This document shows positions 23,474-36,600 of a stretch of DNA of 64,000 bases, one piece after another. Under the pieces are notes generated by a model. The model searched no databases, was not told the origin of the DNA, and saw only the letters and a list, made by a program, of their open reading frames with translations. Source of the stretch: Phoronis australis (Eukaryota > Animalia > Phoronida). Position 1 is the first letter of the stretch; each line of letters begins with the position of its first letter. Where the stretch lies: the NCBI GenBank assembly GCA_002633005.1, contig NMRA01000329.1:395219-459218 (forward strand), given 5' to 3'. The translations under genes and the position numbers were made by a program.

Positions 23474-25288
23474 GCACGATTCTCCAGCCATGTAATTTGT
23501 CCTGTTTTAACAAACATTGAGGCGCGACACTTAAACAACACATGGTTACTTGTGTCTTCAAGTTAGTTAGTTTTCGAAATTTTGTAGTTTGATTTTGTCA
23601 CGAGAAGTTTTTTGCGCAATATACGCACTCTCATTTGCAGATAGATACCTCTCACGTGAACTTTTTAGCACTGTGATTGATATAGGTAAGTGACCATAAA
23701 GCCCGTAACTCTAACTCTCAAGTTAATTGATAGTTTCAATAGCCAAAACATTTCTGTACAGGCGAGACCGTCCGGTACTCAAATCACGATCTTGTAGGAT
23801 AGTGGTCGTCAATGCTATATGTGGTAGAATTTCCTCATTGTTTGCCTGAGTGGCACTGATAGGCTTACATACATAAACCCACATTAATTAAACTATTGTA
23901 GCTCTTACTATGCATATTCTAATATGTGTGAAAGCTTCAGCAATTTAATTTCATGCTCTTGCCACTTGTTAAAAACAAATGAAGCTCTTTACAGCTATAG
24001 TCTGTGTGTGCGTGNCTTCTTAGGCACTCTTCACTCTTTTTCTACTGAATACTCACTGCCCTATTTTTTCTTGCTTTACCTGAATTTTCCAGAGTCTGGG
24101 GGATAGTTGTCTTTCTCCCCATCCACTTCACATTTTTGTACTAATAGCCATAAAGCATTCGAGTACCAGACCAAATTATAGAGACGAATAACTTAGAAAC
24201 TTAGAAGTATCTACCAATCGGATTCCAAAAATACACAGATTTCTGTCTAATCAATTTTCTAGACGATACATATGTTCATAGCGTATTATTTCTCTAGGAA
24301 TATTTGAACTATTAATTGAAAGTCAATCATTGTATTGAGCGTCTCTGACGCGATCGGTTACTTTGCATTATCGATTATTTCTCAAGAATTTGCGAACATG
24401 CATTGTGTAAGATATTTCTGTATTGATTTACAAATGTAACAGTGTCATTTTCACCCAGAAAAGCAACCCAGCGAATATTTTGAACAGTGTCACTTTAAAA
24501 GTTAACTGCATGACAATAAAATTCGCGAAAGCATACATGTACACGAATTTTGAGCACGAAAATTATGCGCTGACAAAGTACAATTTAAAATTTAATAGCA
24601 CAGTAGGTTTTCGCAATACGATCCTTTTGAAAACGCTTATGCTGTGTTATAGTGAAAGGGAAGCGTAATAAAATAAAATTAAACCCATTTGAATACGCTA
24701 CCTATGCTCATTTAACTAAATTTCGAGCCCTGTGACTCGCTTGTACATTTTTGTCTCTTTTGCTTTTCGTTTCCTCAGTTTTTCAAGTTTGAATCTGTTG
24801 AGTTTACCTACAATGCTGCAGGATGACTGAGAATGTTACTGATGTGTAAGGTTGTAGTCTTTGCCCAACAAGGCTGTTTATAGCTGTAACTTTCAACGGC
24901 GTGTGCGTCTCCATATCACCATCTGTGTTAACTCGAATTTTTGCTCAAGCCAATTATTCGTTAAAAGGCTTTGGTACCACAAAAAATTAAGCGGTTAAAA
25001 GATATTAACCTTTTAGCTACAACATGTACAACAAAAATTATTATAACGGCATTAAAATCATCGAATGCTCCGCCAGCTTAAAAAAATCACAGAGCAAATG
25101 ACAATCCATTCATAACATAATCCTTCTGATTTTGTTGCGATTTCGCACATCATAAAATTGGAATTTTCTTAAAAACCCTTAAATGTAAGCCACAAACTAT
25201 GATTAAAAACTGACATAATGTAAAATTAAACAACACTTTCTTGTTGAAACTGGTGATTACAACCCGATTCATCGTTGCCTCAACTTAC

Positions 25289-25590
25289 CTAGATTGCAGA
25301 GCCTTGTTGAAGCATCTCTATAACAATTTCCGTCGTCTTCCGTTGTTTTCAGCTGTTTCTTTACACTACACTCATGTTTTTACCACAGCTCAATTATAAG
25401 TCGAGAATGTTATAATGAACACAACATAATCACCCCCTTTGACTATGATCATCGATCGGCAGGTACACACCAGATTTATGTGCTGTTATTAACCAACTGC
25501 TGTGCCTAGGAAATGCCGTTGACGTTGCTTGGCTACGAAAGTAAATCGCTCTCTGTTGACGTGTCCGGTGACGTGCAACGCTATTACGGT
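25289..25590 (-). promoter_or_regulatory. Putative promoter and non-coding first exon of the EF-hand/EML gene, with RFX X-box-like and CRE-like motifs
   Basis: Strong minus-strand donor AG|GTAAGT at 25289/25288. GTTGCTTGGCTAC at 25524-25536 and TGCCTAGGAAAT at 25503-25514. Three TGACGT motifs between 25520 and 25575. Confidence 0.45.
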
Positions 25591-28107
25591 CTGTAGCGCA
25601 TACCTAGATTAGTTTTCCAGAAAAATCACAAATGAAAATAATACGTCTTGGAGGAATTGATTTATTGCGTGTTACTTTATTGGGTAATGTGATTTCGTTT
25701 TTGAGAGTCCTTAAAATATCTTAGTGCAGATGAAACGGGGATAAAATGAATGACATTTCTCAGTGAACGATGATAGTGAATATTTAGAATACGAGAGTGC
25801 CAGTTATTTTTTAACCTTCATTAAAAAACTATACAAAGTTGAAACATGAGATACCACACAAGATTGTTTCGTTGTTGGATTGCAATCTATGGACAAAGGA
25901 GTTATTTAAACATCAAAATCGGTTAAAATTGAGACAGTATTGTCTAGCTTCATAAGCACTTTTTTAAACCAGGCAGTAGTTCACTTGACCTACACCGAGA
26001 CCCATGGGCCAAATGACGACTGCCGACAGTTTTTCATTTCGGCAGAGTAGCTAAGTGTTAGTTAGTCTGTGATGACAAGCAATTTACTAAATCGAACTAC
26101 CATTTCACGCTAAAGAAGAGGTCAGCGTCCGGACCAGTTACGTAATGTGGATGCCAAGATCGCAAATGCTGGTTGAATTGTTCAAGAAATTTGAGTCAAA
26201 CAGAACAGTGGATCATGATCACCACGGCGTTTTCTCCAAGGGCGCCGGATCCACTACTTTAGCGATAGCGAGTTTGTCATTTTTTGTCGTATCTCTGGAA
26301 GGGATAAACCTCCTGAATCCCCGTATCCGCTACTGTTACGCACTATGCACGTGTTTAGAACTTGGCGAATGACCATAAACCTGTCCCTGTGAATTAGATG
26401 CATGAACCAGGCTTGCGGTAAATGCTGACGTTTCAGAAACGTAAAATTAACAAAAGGACACTGAATACACCTAAATTAAGATTATGAAGAACCTTATTGA
26501 CGAGTATTTTGCCAAATAACCACGAATCATAGATTTGGACCCAGTAAACGTTTATTTCCTGAAACTAGAAAGCCTATAAAAATTTTACTTATCACCAATC
26601 TTCCATTCACAGGGTCAGGTGACCAAGACTTTTCAATAAAATTGAGCAAAAAAAGGCACATTGACAGCAAGAAAACACTATCAATGACATAATCAAATTT
26701 TACTTGACATAAATACTCAAAAACGCGGGCAATTCATTTCGTTTTTGTTGCAACTTTAGATTTTTTCATGGAAATCATAAAAATCCTATTCCTGATTGCC
26801 CCAAATGAAAAAGTGGGACATTTATGTGCATGGGGATAAATACACTGCTAATTGGTAGCAATATAATAATAATTGTAATAATCCCTGTTTAACAACAATT
26901 CATCATGTTTTGGTGGAGCTGACCCAGTAACCATGTTTTCTTTTGAATCCCTTTTATCAATATTTGGGACAATATCATTTCATACCCTTATTACAAACAC
27001 ATAGTTATAATACAAAAGTATATTGCATAAAAATACAACATTTCAACCTAGTGTATTTTCATTCGCCACAATTGGAGAAAACACTGCAACATTGAATATT
27101 TAACGTAATGGGTGGCCACAGGAAAAAAACTTGTCATACAGCAGTTTTGTAAAAATGAATTTTACAATATTAAAATAGTTGTATGTATATATACACATAA
27201 TAAATTTTGAGTGCAAATACTGATCACAAACATTTTAAGCCTGTTCTGCACGCCACCTGTTGGCCACATCATGTGACCTAATGAAACGTAAGGGTGCAGA
27301 CCAGACTTAAAATGTTTGTGTCTGATTAAAGTAGTTGAATAATGTTTTTTTGAATTATTGAAACATGGCTGCATATACAATGTTTGAGTCTTCATCTGTA
27401 CATTATTAATTAGCAAACAAGTTTATCAAATAATGCACTGATACTAAAATTTGGACAATGTTGTGAAAATTCACAGTACGTCTGTTACATGGATTGTGTT
27501 TATATCGGTCACTGAGACATACTTGTAGTTGCACAGGCACACTCAAGGACTGGAAACAATTCCATGACCACACCTCTAAATTCCAGTTATGATCCTCTAA
27601 ACCCCAGTCCATGACAAGCGGGCACCAAATTTCAGTACAAATCCACAGACTCATTTTCTTAAAGTCCACACACCCACCAAAAATGCAAATCATGCAGTGA
27701 CCAAACTCCAGAGTGCGGACCAGGCCCCTCACTCAGACTTAAATCTGAGTCTGGCATGGGTTGATTTCAATGTCCACAAGGTTGACGTCAGTATAGGGAA
27801 GTCAGTGACTTTATTGAACTTTTTGATTTCGAAGGTCCATTTCAGTATTCTGAATGCTACTTTCTCCACTGGGAAAGTGGATCCAGGTCTTTGTAGAAAT
27901 GATATCAACATTCAGAAAGACGTAGGTGGACAGGTTACACTGGACTAAAAAGAGGCTGTTGTATATCTGTCATCTTGTAATGACCTAGAGACAGCATGTA
28001 CCTGAACAGGTTCTATAGCCACCAGACTTGGTAATCAGTGGTCCCCATATCAATAGTTGCACAGAAACAACCAATCAGGAATCCTCCAAAAGACCAATCC
28101 TTGTCAA

Positions 28108-30324
28108 TCATGAGCTGGTGGGCGGAACTAGTTTGGTTGCGCATTCTAACAAAATGTCGTGAATGTCTTTGGCACTACTGATCTGTGTCCTTACTGTGTT
28201 CAGGTACTGGGCAAAACTGAGCCCATCTTGACTGGAGGGGGCGCTGACGTCAGACTTAGATGGGTTAATAGGGACTGGAGTGAACTTATCACTATCTTGT
28301 TGCAACTTTTGACACTCTTGAGCCATACGCTGAAAAGAAACAAACGCAACGATAGAAAGTAAGTCTACAAATTGCTATAAACCAGTCAGAATAAGGTAGC
28401 TTGCAAACATGCTGGTTTTGCTTGACCAGTTTTGCTATAGATAACTTTTTGTAGAAATTGGCAATGTTCTACCTTCATTGTTAAGAAACGTACCTGAATT
28501 GCAAAAGAATCTTCCTCTGTTCTATTCATGTGAGCTTCACAAAAAATTGCAGACCCAAATTATTTGTTTAATCTATCAATAAATAAAGTTTGTCCACCTA
28601 GACAATCCTCTTTTAAAGGTCATCCAAAAGTTATTCATGGGTGCCCCTGGTCACCACAATGTATGCAAATTTATTTCATTCAACTGTGCCAGCCAATGAG
28701 ACACTCAGCAGGTTTTTGCAGCCAAATCCTGGGCACAATGGTCTTGTCAGCAAGCTGACAATTTGCAGTGAGCTCATGAATTTAAAATGGTGCCACCAGG
28801 AGAGGAATGATGGAAAACACAGAATTGTGGGTAAATATTGAAAACAGACTACATGAATCGATCCATTTCATGGTGAAAACTTCACGCCATATCGTTTGCT
28901 TTAATCGGCGCGGCTTTGCAAACAACCAAAGCTAAGATTTTGTTTTACAAAAATCTATACCAATTGTGTTCCACGAGATTTCTACCTGTTGCTCCGTTTC
29001 AATAGATACTTATTTACAGATAGATTACCTGTCCACATTACACTTGCCTTTCTTTCAAAAATTTTTAATTATGACCACCTATGAAATGTTATGAATCTAG
29101 TCCCAGCTGATCCGTTACTCAAATTAGAGGTAGTTTCAGGGTTTGATCAGAAATGAGTGTTTATAGAAACATGAGACTAAGCTAATGCAATTCCAACTCG
29201 GGCTGGGCCTAGACATAAAATGCAATGTGGAGTACTATCGCAGCAGAATCAGCTTACAGTAACCATTGTTATAATATTTCACCATTGATGACAAATAACC
29301 AGAACAGAAATAACAGCACATTACACATACAATAGCCAGTTCACATTGGTCACACAGGGTGTAAAATTCCTCCAGGCTTCTTTCAAGGCTTTGATTTGAA
29401 CTCTCTGATGCTTTTCTGAAATCAAAAAATATTGTACGGTAATTTTCCACTTATTTTGCAGAAAGGCTGCAAATAATGAAAAATGTTGCTTTATGACACC
29501 CTGCTAGTATTAGGTTAATTTTTTCTCTAATCTGTAATTTTGCAGAAAATTGGACAGTATAGAGTTTCATTTGTCCATCTTGTTGTGTGTTAAATAGATG
29601 AAGACTTACCTAAAATTAACAAAGGCTTTGTTGTTTGTTAAAATGTTACAATAACAACAACACTACTACATATTGTGATACTCATTAATTAATACAGGCC
29701 TAATTGTATATGGGTAAAAAATTTTGAACTTACGAATAAGTGTCCACCAGAGCATTTTGATTTAACACCTGAGCGGATATCTTCATCAGCTTCTGAAATG
29801 ATTATGGAGACACAAATTAGTCCAATACACTAAAATTACGACTTGTACACATTGGATAACTAAACACACATAGATAACAAGGAAAATGACAGAAGATATG
29901 ATGTCATAATTATATCCCCTTGTACGCGCAGTGTAAAAACACCAGTTGCCCATTTGGACAACTGAACGAAGGACCATTCACTTGAAAAAAGTCCGATTGC
30001 GGGAGTAGTTGTTCAAGCTTGGAAGAGTTAGACATCAACGGCCTCCTAAGGTGTTCCTTTATGCGCAAAAGGTTCTTAAAGTGACATAACTTTAACTAAG
30101 TGTGAGGCATAATTCACCTAAAAGCTTCCGGCGTATGGAGGGCCTATGGGATAGCCACCGTCTCTAGAGTACTGACTACTGCACTGCAGTCAGGCAGTTG
30201 ACAGGTTGAGACACAATGAGTCACTTACGGACAGAGATTCTTTCAGTTTTGGCACCAAACTTTTGAATTTTTCGACAGGATCAATGTCAGTACTTGGAAC
30301 CTGGTTAGTTGTAGCCCCAGCCAT
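28108..30324 (-). CDS. MED29: Mediator of RNA polymerase II transcription subunit 29 (intersex-like)
   Basis: Exons 30324-30229, 29792-29734, 29415-29331, 28329-28108 (153 aa). Translation MAGATTNQVPSTDIDPVEKFKSLVPKLKESLS|KLMKISAQVLNQNALVDTYS|KASESSNQSLERSLEEFYTLCDQCELAI|RMAQEC...FAQYLNTVRTQISSAKDIHDILLECA matches the MED29 motifs DPV..K.L.P.LKESL, LEEFY.LCDQ.EL and QYL....QI..AKDIH..LL.CA. Confidence 0.96.
29925..30167. repeat. Dispersed ~245-bp repeat, copy 1 (MED29 intron 1)
   Basis: Shares gcgcagtgtaaaa, ttggaag, aaggtgt.cct, tgtgaggcataattcacc.aaa..cttcc and ccctatggga..cacc.tctcta-like blocks with 31090-31334. Confidence 0.75.
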
Positions 30325-30691
30325 TGTCCTTTTAAAGGACAATCTTCAAATATTCTCGATAACTCAAGGACTTAGCCAGCACTTGTGTATCATCAGCAAC
30401 AGAAATGGTGTATCGCCAATAGATGTCACTCTAAGCGTTGTTTCGGAATGCGTTAATCTACCGACGTAGTGTTTGTTTAAATTTATACTTTTTAATATGT
30501 TTTTAATGCATCAGGTTTAAATTTTGCAATTTAAAATCATTTTTATTCAAAATATGATATAAAAATTGAAAGTTTCATATCTTATAAATATTGTTTGTGT
30601 CAAAAACGTCGTGGCCTATGATTGTTGTTAACGGGTTTCTTTTTGTGGAAGAAGCTGATCTGCCACCAAGTTTTCAAGTAGAAATCGCGCC
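30325..30691. promoter_or_regulatory. Bidirectional promoter shared by MED29 and PAF1
   Basis: The divergent ATGs at 30324 (-) and 30692 (+) are only 367 bp apart. AT-rich core at about 30475-30600 with CpG-containing flanks. Confidence 0.8.
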
Positions 30692-33600
30692 ATGCCTCCC
30701 ACAATACAGTCTGGCAGGAATGATCAGAGGGGCAGAAAGCCCAGAACTGGAGAAAGAAGGTAAAAACTAAAAAATACAGAAACGCCGTTTTCTTAATTCT
30801 TATTTCATTAGGTTAAAACGATTATCAATATCATGATTATCATGTCCATCTGAATCTGTCCATCGTCCATGGCATTACGTTGCACTTGCAGTAACCAATA
30901 TTGGCATCGTTATGTTCGCTGTATTACTTCATAAAATAAATGTGTTCATGCGATAGCAATTTCAAATGGTGCTGAATAATATTTAATGTGCAGTTCGAGT
31001 GTGATGTGTATGGACTATGGAACTTGATTCTACACTAAGTTTCACTGTGCGGACTTCCAACCCTATTTACATTTAACTTAGGGCCTGGCGTGCGCAGTGT
31101 AAAATTGGACACTTGACGATTTGAGCAACTGAAAAAAGGACTTCTCAAAAAAATTTGATTTGAGTGTTTGTTTGAGTTGGAAGGAATTAAAAACATTGAC
31201 AGCCTCTAAAGGTGTCCCTCTATTCGTAAAACAAAAGATACTTTTAGCAACATGACATACATGGTTTTGTGAGGCATAATTCACCGAAAATCTTCCAGCA
31301 AGTGAAGGCCCTATGGGAGCATCACCATCTCTACTAAGATAGTAGCATTGTCTAGTGTCTTACATCTGACAAATGCCAACGACGTTGACCGCATTAGGCA
31401 ATACATCGCCTGTGAATGCCGTAAGCATTTAGCTTGATATATAAGCAGGGCTGCAGACACACAAAGGCGATTGTACACTTCCATAAAAAGTCACTCATCT
31501 CAAAATACAGCGCATAACATCGAATGAAACATTCATATGTAAAATTGAACAACAATAACTGTTTGAAGTCCATGCCATGCCATCAGTGAACCATGCAGAT
31601 TGACTTATTAATGATTTATTTATTAACACTGAGTTTAACTGGTCAATTTCCAGTTACAACTTTGATCCACAACAATTTCCTATAGAGAAATGACAAAAGT
31701 TAAAACCAAGATGGTGGAATGTCCTAGGCCACCAATTATGATGATGTCATAGTTTCCTTCCCTGTTCAGTCATGAACGTGAAGAGAAGCTAAAAAGATAT
31801 CAAGATTATTTTCCAAATTTCAATAGGCACAATAGAAGTCACAGCACAAAGTTCATTCCCTTGAGGAAGTGTACCATTGGGTTTTGAGTCCACATCCAGA
31901 TCAGCTCTAAAGTTTTGTTAACATCCAAAACACGTGTATCTTTTAGACACCGTATGGATATCTACTTTTGATTTTGGTTGGTTCCAAGGCTCCTGCACAA
32001 CAGAATTGTTCCTTTTGTTTACTAGATTGTCGCACGAGTGAACAGGCAGAGAACATATCTCTTGAGGTGATATTAATCTCAGTGAAGTTTTACAGGGCTC
32101 AACTCCTGATTGGCTTTCATCATTGCTTGTTGTTTTTTTTATAGGTCAGAGATTGTTGTGCGCATGAAATACTGCAACACATTACCAGACATACCATTTG
32201 ACCCTAAGTTTGTCACCTATCCATTCGAAGCCAACAGGTAAAGTTATTATGTTGCGTTATATTAAGTTCTGCTTTGATGGGTCAAAAATTGTCAAGTTCA
32301 AAGTAATGGAAAATAAGAGTGAAGCAGTTTATTATTATTAAAAAAATGAGCTAAAAACAGTGTAGCCATGTAAGACATATCGCAAAATTATATCAAAATA
32401 TTTGACATCCAGCATTATGTGAAATGGGATGTGCCAAGGTAAAAGTCATATTACCTATTAAAGCAGTGCTCAGTAAACCCTAAGCTAATGAAAGTGGTCA
32501 ATGAAAAGTTGCTTAACTCTAAGATTTACCTTGAAAATGACTGGAAATGTTTATGAAGTACAACTATACAACCTTGGTTCATTGGTTTTATTCAGTGTTT
32601 GTGTTGGTGTGATGTTATAAGTTTTCAGGAATTTTGTTGCTTTCCTGAACCTAAAGTCTATGCTTTCATTGCAGATTTGTGCAGTACAATCCCACATCAC
32701 TGGAACGCACATACAAACATGAGCTGCTTACGGAGCATGATTTAGGAGTTTCCATTGATCTGATCAACCCTGACACCTATCGATTAACTCCTAGCTGTAA
32801 GTTCGCGATCTGTTTCATGAAGACATGACTTAACTCAAATATTTTGCTTTACGCTCCATGTAAATATTCCTGAAAGATAAATCTCACTTGTCTGAGAAAA
32901 GGTGCAAAGTCTCTGAGAATATCCGTAACTGCTAGTTAGTGAGAACATACTTATAAAATATTTCTAGACTGTAATGCTAATGCACTCATAAGCCGTTTTT
33001 CACCAAGTTGAAACGTAAGACCAAATTTCTATCTCACGTCACTGTCATGAAGCAGGCCCTTGGTATCATATGGACTTTTAGTAGTAGGTCGCAATCTAAC
33101 ATGCAGAAATCTATCAAAGTAGGCGCTTGATTTTTATCCTGATACATGGTGAAATTTTTCTTTGTAGATCTCCTTAACCCATCTCCTGGTGCTTGGGCCA
33201 TCACGTTTTAATGTAACGACACACCTTTAGTTATAGCATGCACTGTAAAAGCTAATGATTTTATTGTGTCTTTCTTAATAGAAAATGTCATCCCTTATTA
33301 TTTTCAGCAATGTTAGCAGAGGAGGATGAGAGAATACTTGAAGAAGACAGTACACCACAAGACCAGAAGAGGTATTTTGTGTAATGGTGTTAGTGTAAAT
33401 ATGGAATACGGGACACCTTAATGCGCAGTGAAATTGACAATTCTTTTAATATTAAGCATTAGTGTTCTCCACAACCTGTTTTGACTCGTCACTGTGTCGA
33501 GTGTGAACTTTGTCGTGACCAATTTGGCTTACTTACAACAATTCTAAAGTATTGGGAGATTAGTTATTTCTTCAGTGAATTAGGCCATTTTGGACTTGTG

Positions 33601-36600
33601 GTACCAGTTCGATGCATATGTTCCAAGACTTAAACAAACTCCCCACATTGTGGACATGGACTTTTGAACGTGTGTACGAATTTAAATTTTGTAATTCCAG
33701 TCGAGTTTGAATTTTCTGTTATGGAGAACACTGATCTTTAAAAAACACTAAAAAGGCACATGTCTGGCTAGAATTTCTGCTGTCAGCTTTATTCTGTCCA
33801 GAAGTTGACGGTGATTTTTGAACTCTGCAAAGTAAAGGTGTTGGTGATAAAACTTTTTTTGTATTGTATCCTTTGACTTAAGAAAACATTAGTTTCTGCC
33901 AACAAATGGGAATGAACATTTCAGGAAAAAGGATTTAATTTTGAAGTACTGTGCATGTGCTGTAGTCTTAAAACATTATGAAATTTGTGGAAATTCGTCT
34001 ATCCTTGCAGAAGGAAAAACAAGTCAAAACATAACTTGTGCATTAAATCCTTTGAAAATTATAGGGAAAATTTTGATTTGACATCTCGCTGATTTTTGAC
34101 GAAAAGAAATTTCTTCAATGTCTGATTCGTGCTTTTGTATGTTTTAGGTCCAGACATCACAACAAGAGTGTGTCATGGCTGCGGAAGACTGAGTACATCT
34201 CTACAGAATACAACCGCTTCACACAAAGTGCTGAGAAGGCTGAAGCCAGGTTTGTGTCTTTTGTAGGAGAGCTGCACTACCGAGTATTTCTGAAACAGCT
34301 CATGACTCTTTCAGAATTCTTGATTTTGCCGACGTAACCTCTGTGTCAAAAACACCCTCAGAGGGTCTTTTGGGAAACTTGTATTGTCACCCACAGGTCC
34401 CTCATTCACCAGGGACTTTTAAGGTTTGTAGTAAGAGAAAGCCTTCACTTTGTTAACAGTTTATCTACTATAATAACAGAAGTTTGACAATACTTCTGTT
34501 AACAAGTATTTAACTTGAAAAATTTTAACTGTTCCTGTAAAAGTATAAAATTAAGAATATCCGTCTTGTACCAGATATGGGGCCTTTTGAATCTGGGGAC
34601 ATTTTTATGGTGGGGACTGTTTAAGGAACACTTGGCATATGTCTTGAGACTGAGAAGCGTTATCTTAGACCATTTGCTGGTCGCCCTCCTTTTTAATGAT
34701 TGGTGGTGCCTGTGAACACTATTTTACAAACAAAAGCAACCCTGGCAAATAAAGTTATTAAAGTAACATACCGATCACTGTCTGACGGCAGCTCATTTGT
34801 CACTGTTTGTTGTGTGGTATGCCAATTTAAATTCATAATCACCCTGCCTCTTCACACGGGATGTTATCTGTTAATATCTCTTCGCTCAGTCCACAATGTC
34901 TGCCATCTGTCACAGTAACAACTAGACCTACGATTCAGGCTGTAAATTCAAGTTCTACCTTCGTGTTTTTTTACTTAAAGTTGGCATAATTCTGCCTTTT
35001 AACAAAAAAACTTTTGATTCAGATCATTTACTGTAATGAAATCGGTCTGGACTTCTTTCTTACTCAAATTAAAGATGTGTACAGGTTTTGGAATTAAATG
35101 ATATTTCATTAGTGCTTGACGGTCATTCTCAACAATCTAGCTCGTGGTGACAGGTCAGCCTGTACACTCACCATGGTCTTGGGCAGTAGTGGTCTTTCAG
35201 TTCTTTCCAATGTCATAAATGGTTTGGCGTCTAAATAAAGAAAGTGTGAGATTGTTCGTATAGCTGTATGTGTTTTGAATGGTTCATTGCCGATTTGTAG
35301 CAGTTTAACTGTACGAAAACTCAAAGTTTTTACCTCCGTGAAAATCTCAAACTTGTTTTAATTTGAGATGTAGTGTAGTACTCGACTGGCGATGTTGACA
35401 GACAACTTGAGTCTGAGTTTAAATTTGAAGATGACATCCATACATGTACATATTATCTATGCCTTGGAGGACCCATCAATTGCATCGGTTATGTTCAAAT
35501 TGAATAGCTTGTGATAGTTTCAAGCCTACTTGGAATCTTATTTCTTGTGCTGTTTGAGAGCTAATTTACACAATCAGCATTGATATATTTATTCATAACT
35601 CATTCATTTATAGAATGTGTTGAAAATTGTCTTTTATCAGGATCGGCTTCAGTATAAAGAAAAGACTAAAGGAAGAAGATATTTATAAAGACAGGGAAAG
35701 CCAGATAGCTGCAATTAATTCTACGTTTGAAGCCAATAAAAAACCGGTACGATGCATGTTGTGTGAACAGCACAGTTTAAGTAGACTTAGAAATATCACT
35801 GATTTCACTTACCTTGAGGATTGAAATATTTTTTGGATTATTAGAGAATATAAACCCAGCTCAAATAGTTTGGATCAGTGCATAAGAGAATAATACCACA
35901 CACCGTATTCGCCCTAATAAGCGCCCATGCCCCTATAAGCGCCCCCATGCATTTTCAGACTTCACTAAAATAAGTACCCAGCCCGTGAATGTGTATGCCT
36001 TACCTACAGTGCTAAAATTCTACAGTAACGTCTTCAATTAATCAATAATATCTGACAGTGCGCGGAAGTTTCTAGACCCCGAGCCTTGCTGTTATGTCAG
36101 TATTTAGCCATGACTATACACTTTAAACTTCAGCAGTGCTTCAAAAAGAATTCAAAAGTTTTGGTTATCTTCTGAGGAACATGTCCTACTATGGTCAGGC
36201 CTTTCAGAACAGACGCAGCGTACTTGTCAATGGGGTTGTAATGTATCTTTCCCGTTCAGATCTCCCTCAACAGGAATCCAGATTTCTTTGTACACGTGAA
36301 AACCGCGAATCGAAGATTATTAAAAAAAAATTGACCATTGTTAAAAGCACGTTGCCAGGAAACGCGCGCTACATACATGCAGGCCTGCTACTCTGGCAAA
36401 TGAACTCTGATGAAATGCGCGCGCTTACTCACGCGGCACACACACGCTGACGAACTTCAAATCAAACGTCACGTGACGACGTGTCGTCTAGATTTTTCTC
36501 ATGTTGCGGGGTGCGATCTGGACTTAATATGCGGTTCATCCTGACTTCACAGGAACTTAAAAATCTTAGGGATGCTATTTGGAAAACTTAAGGAGGATTT

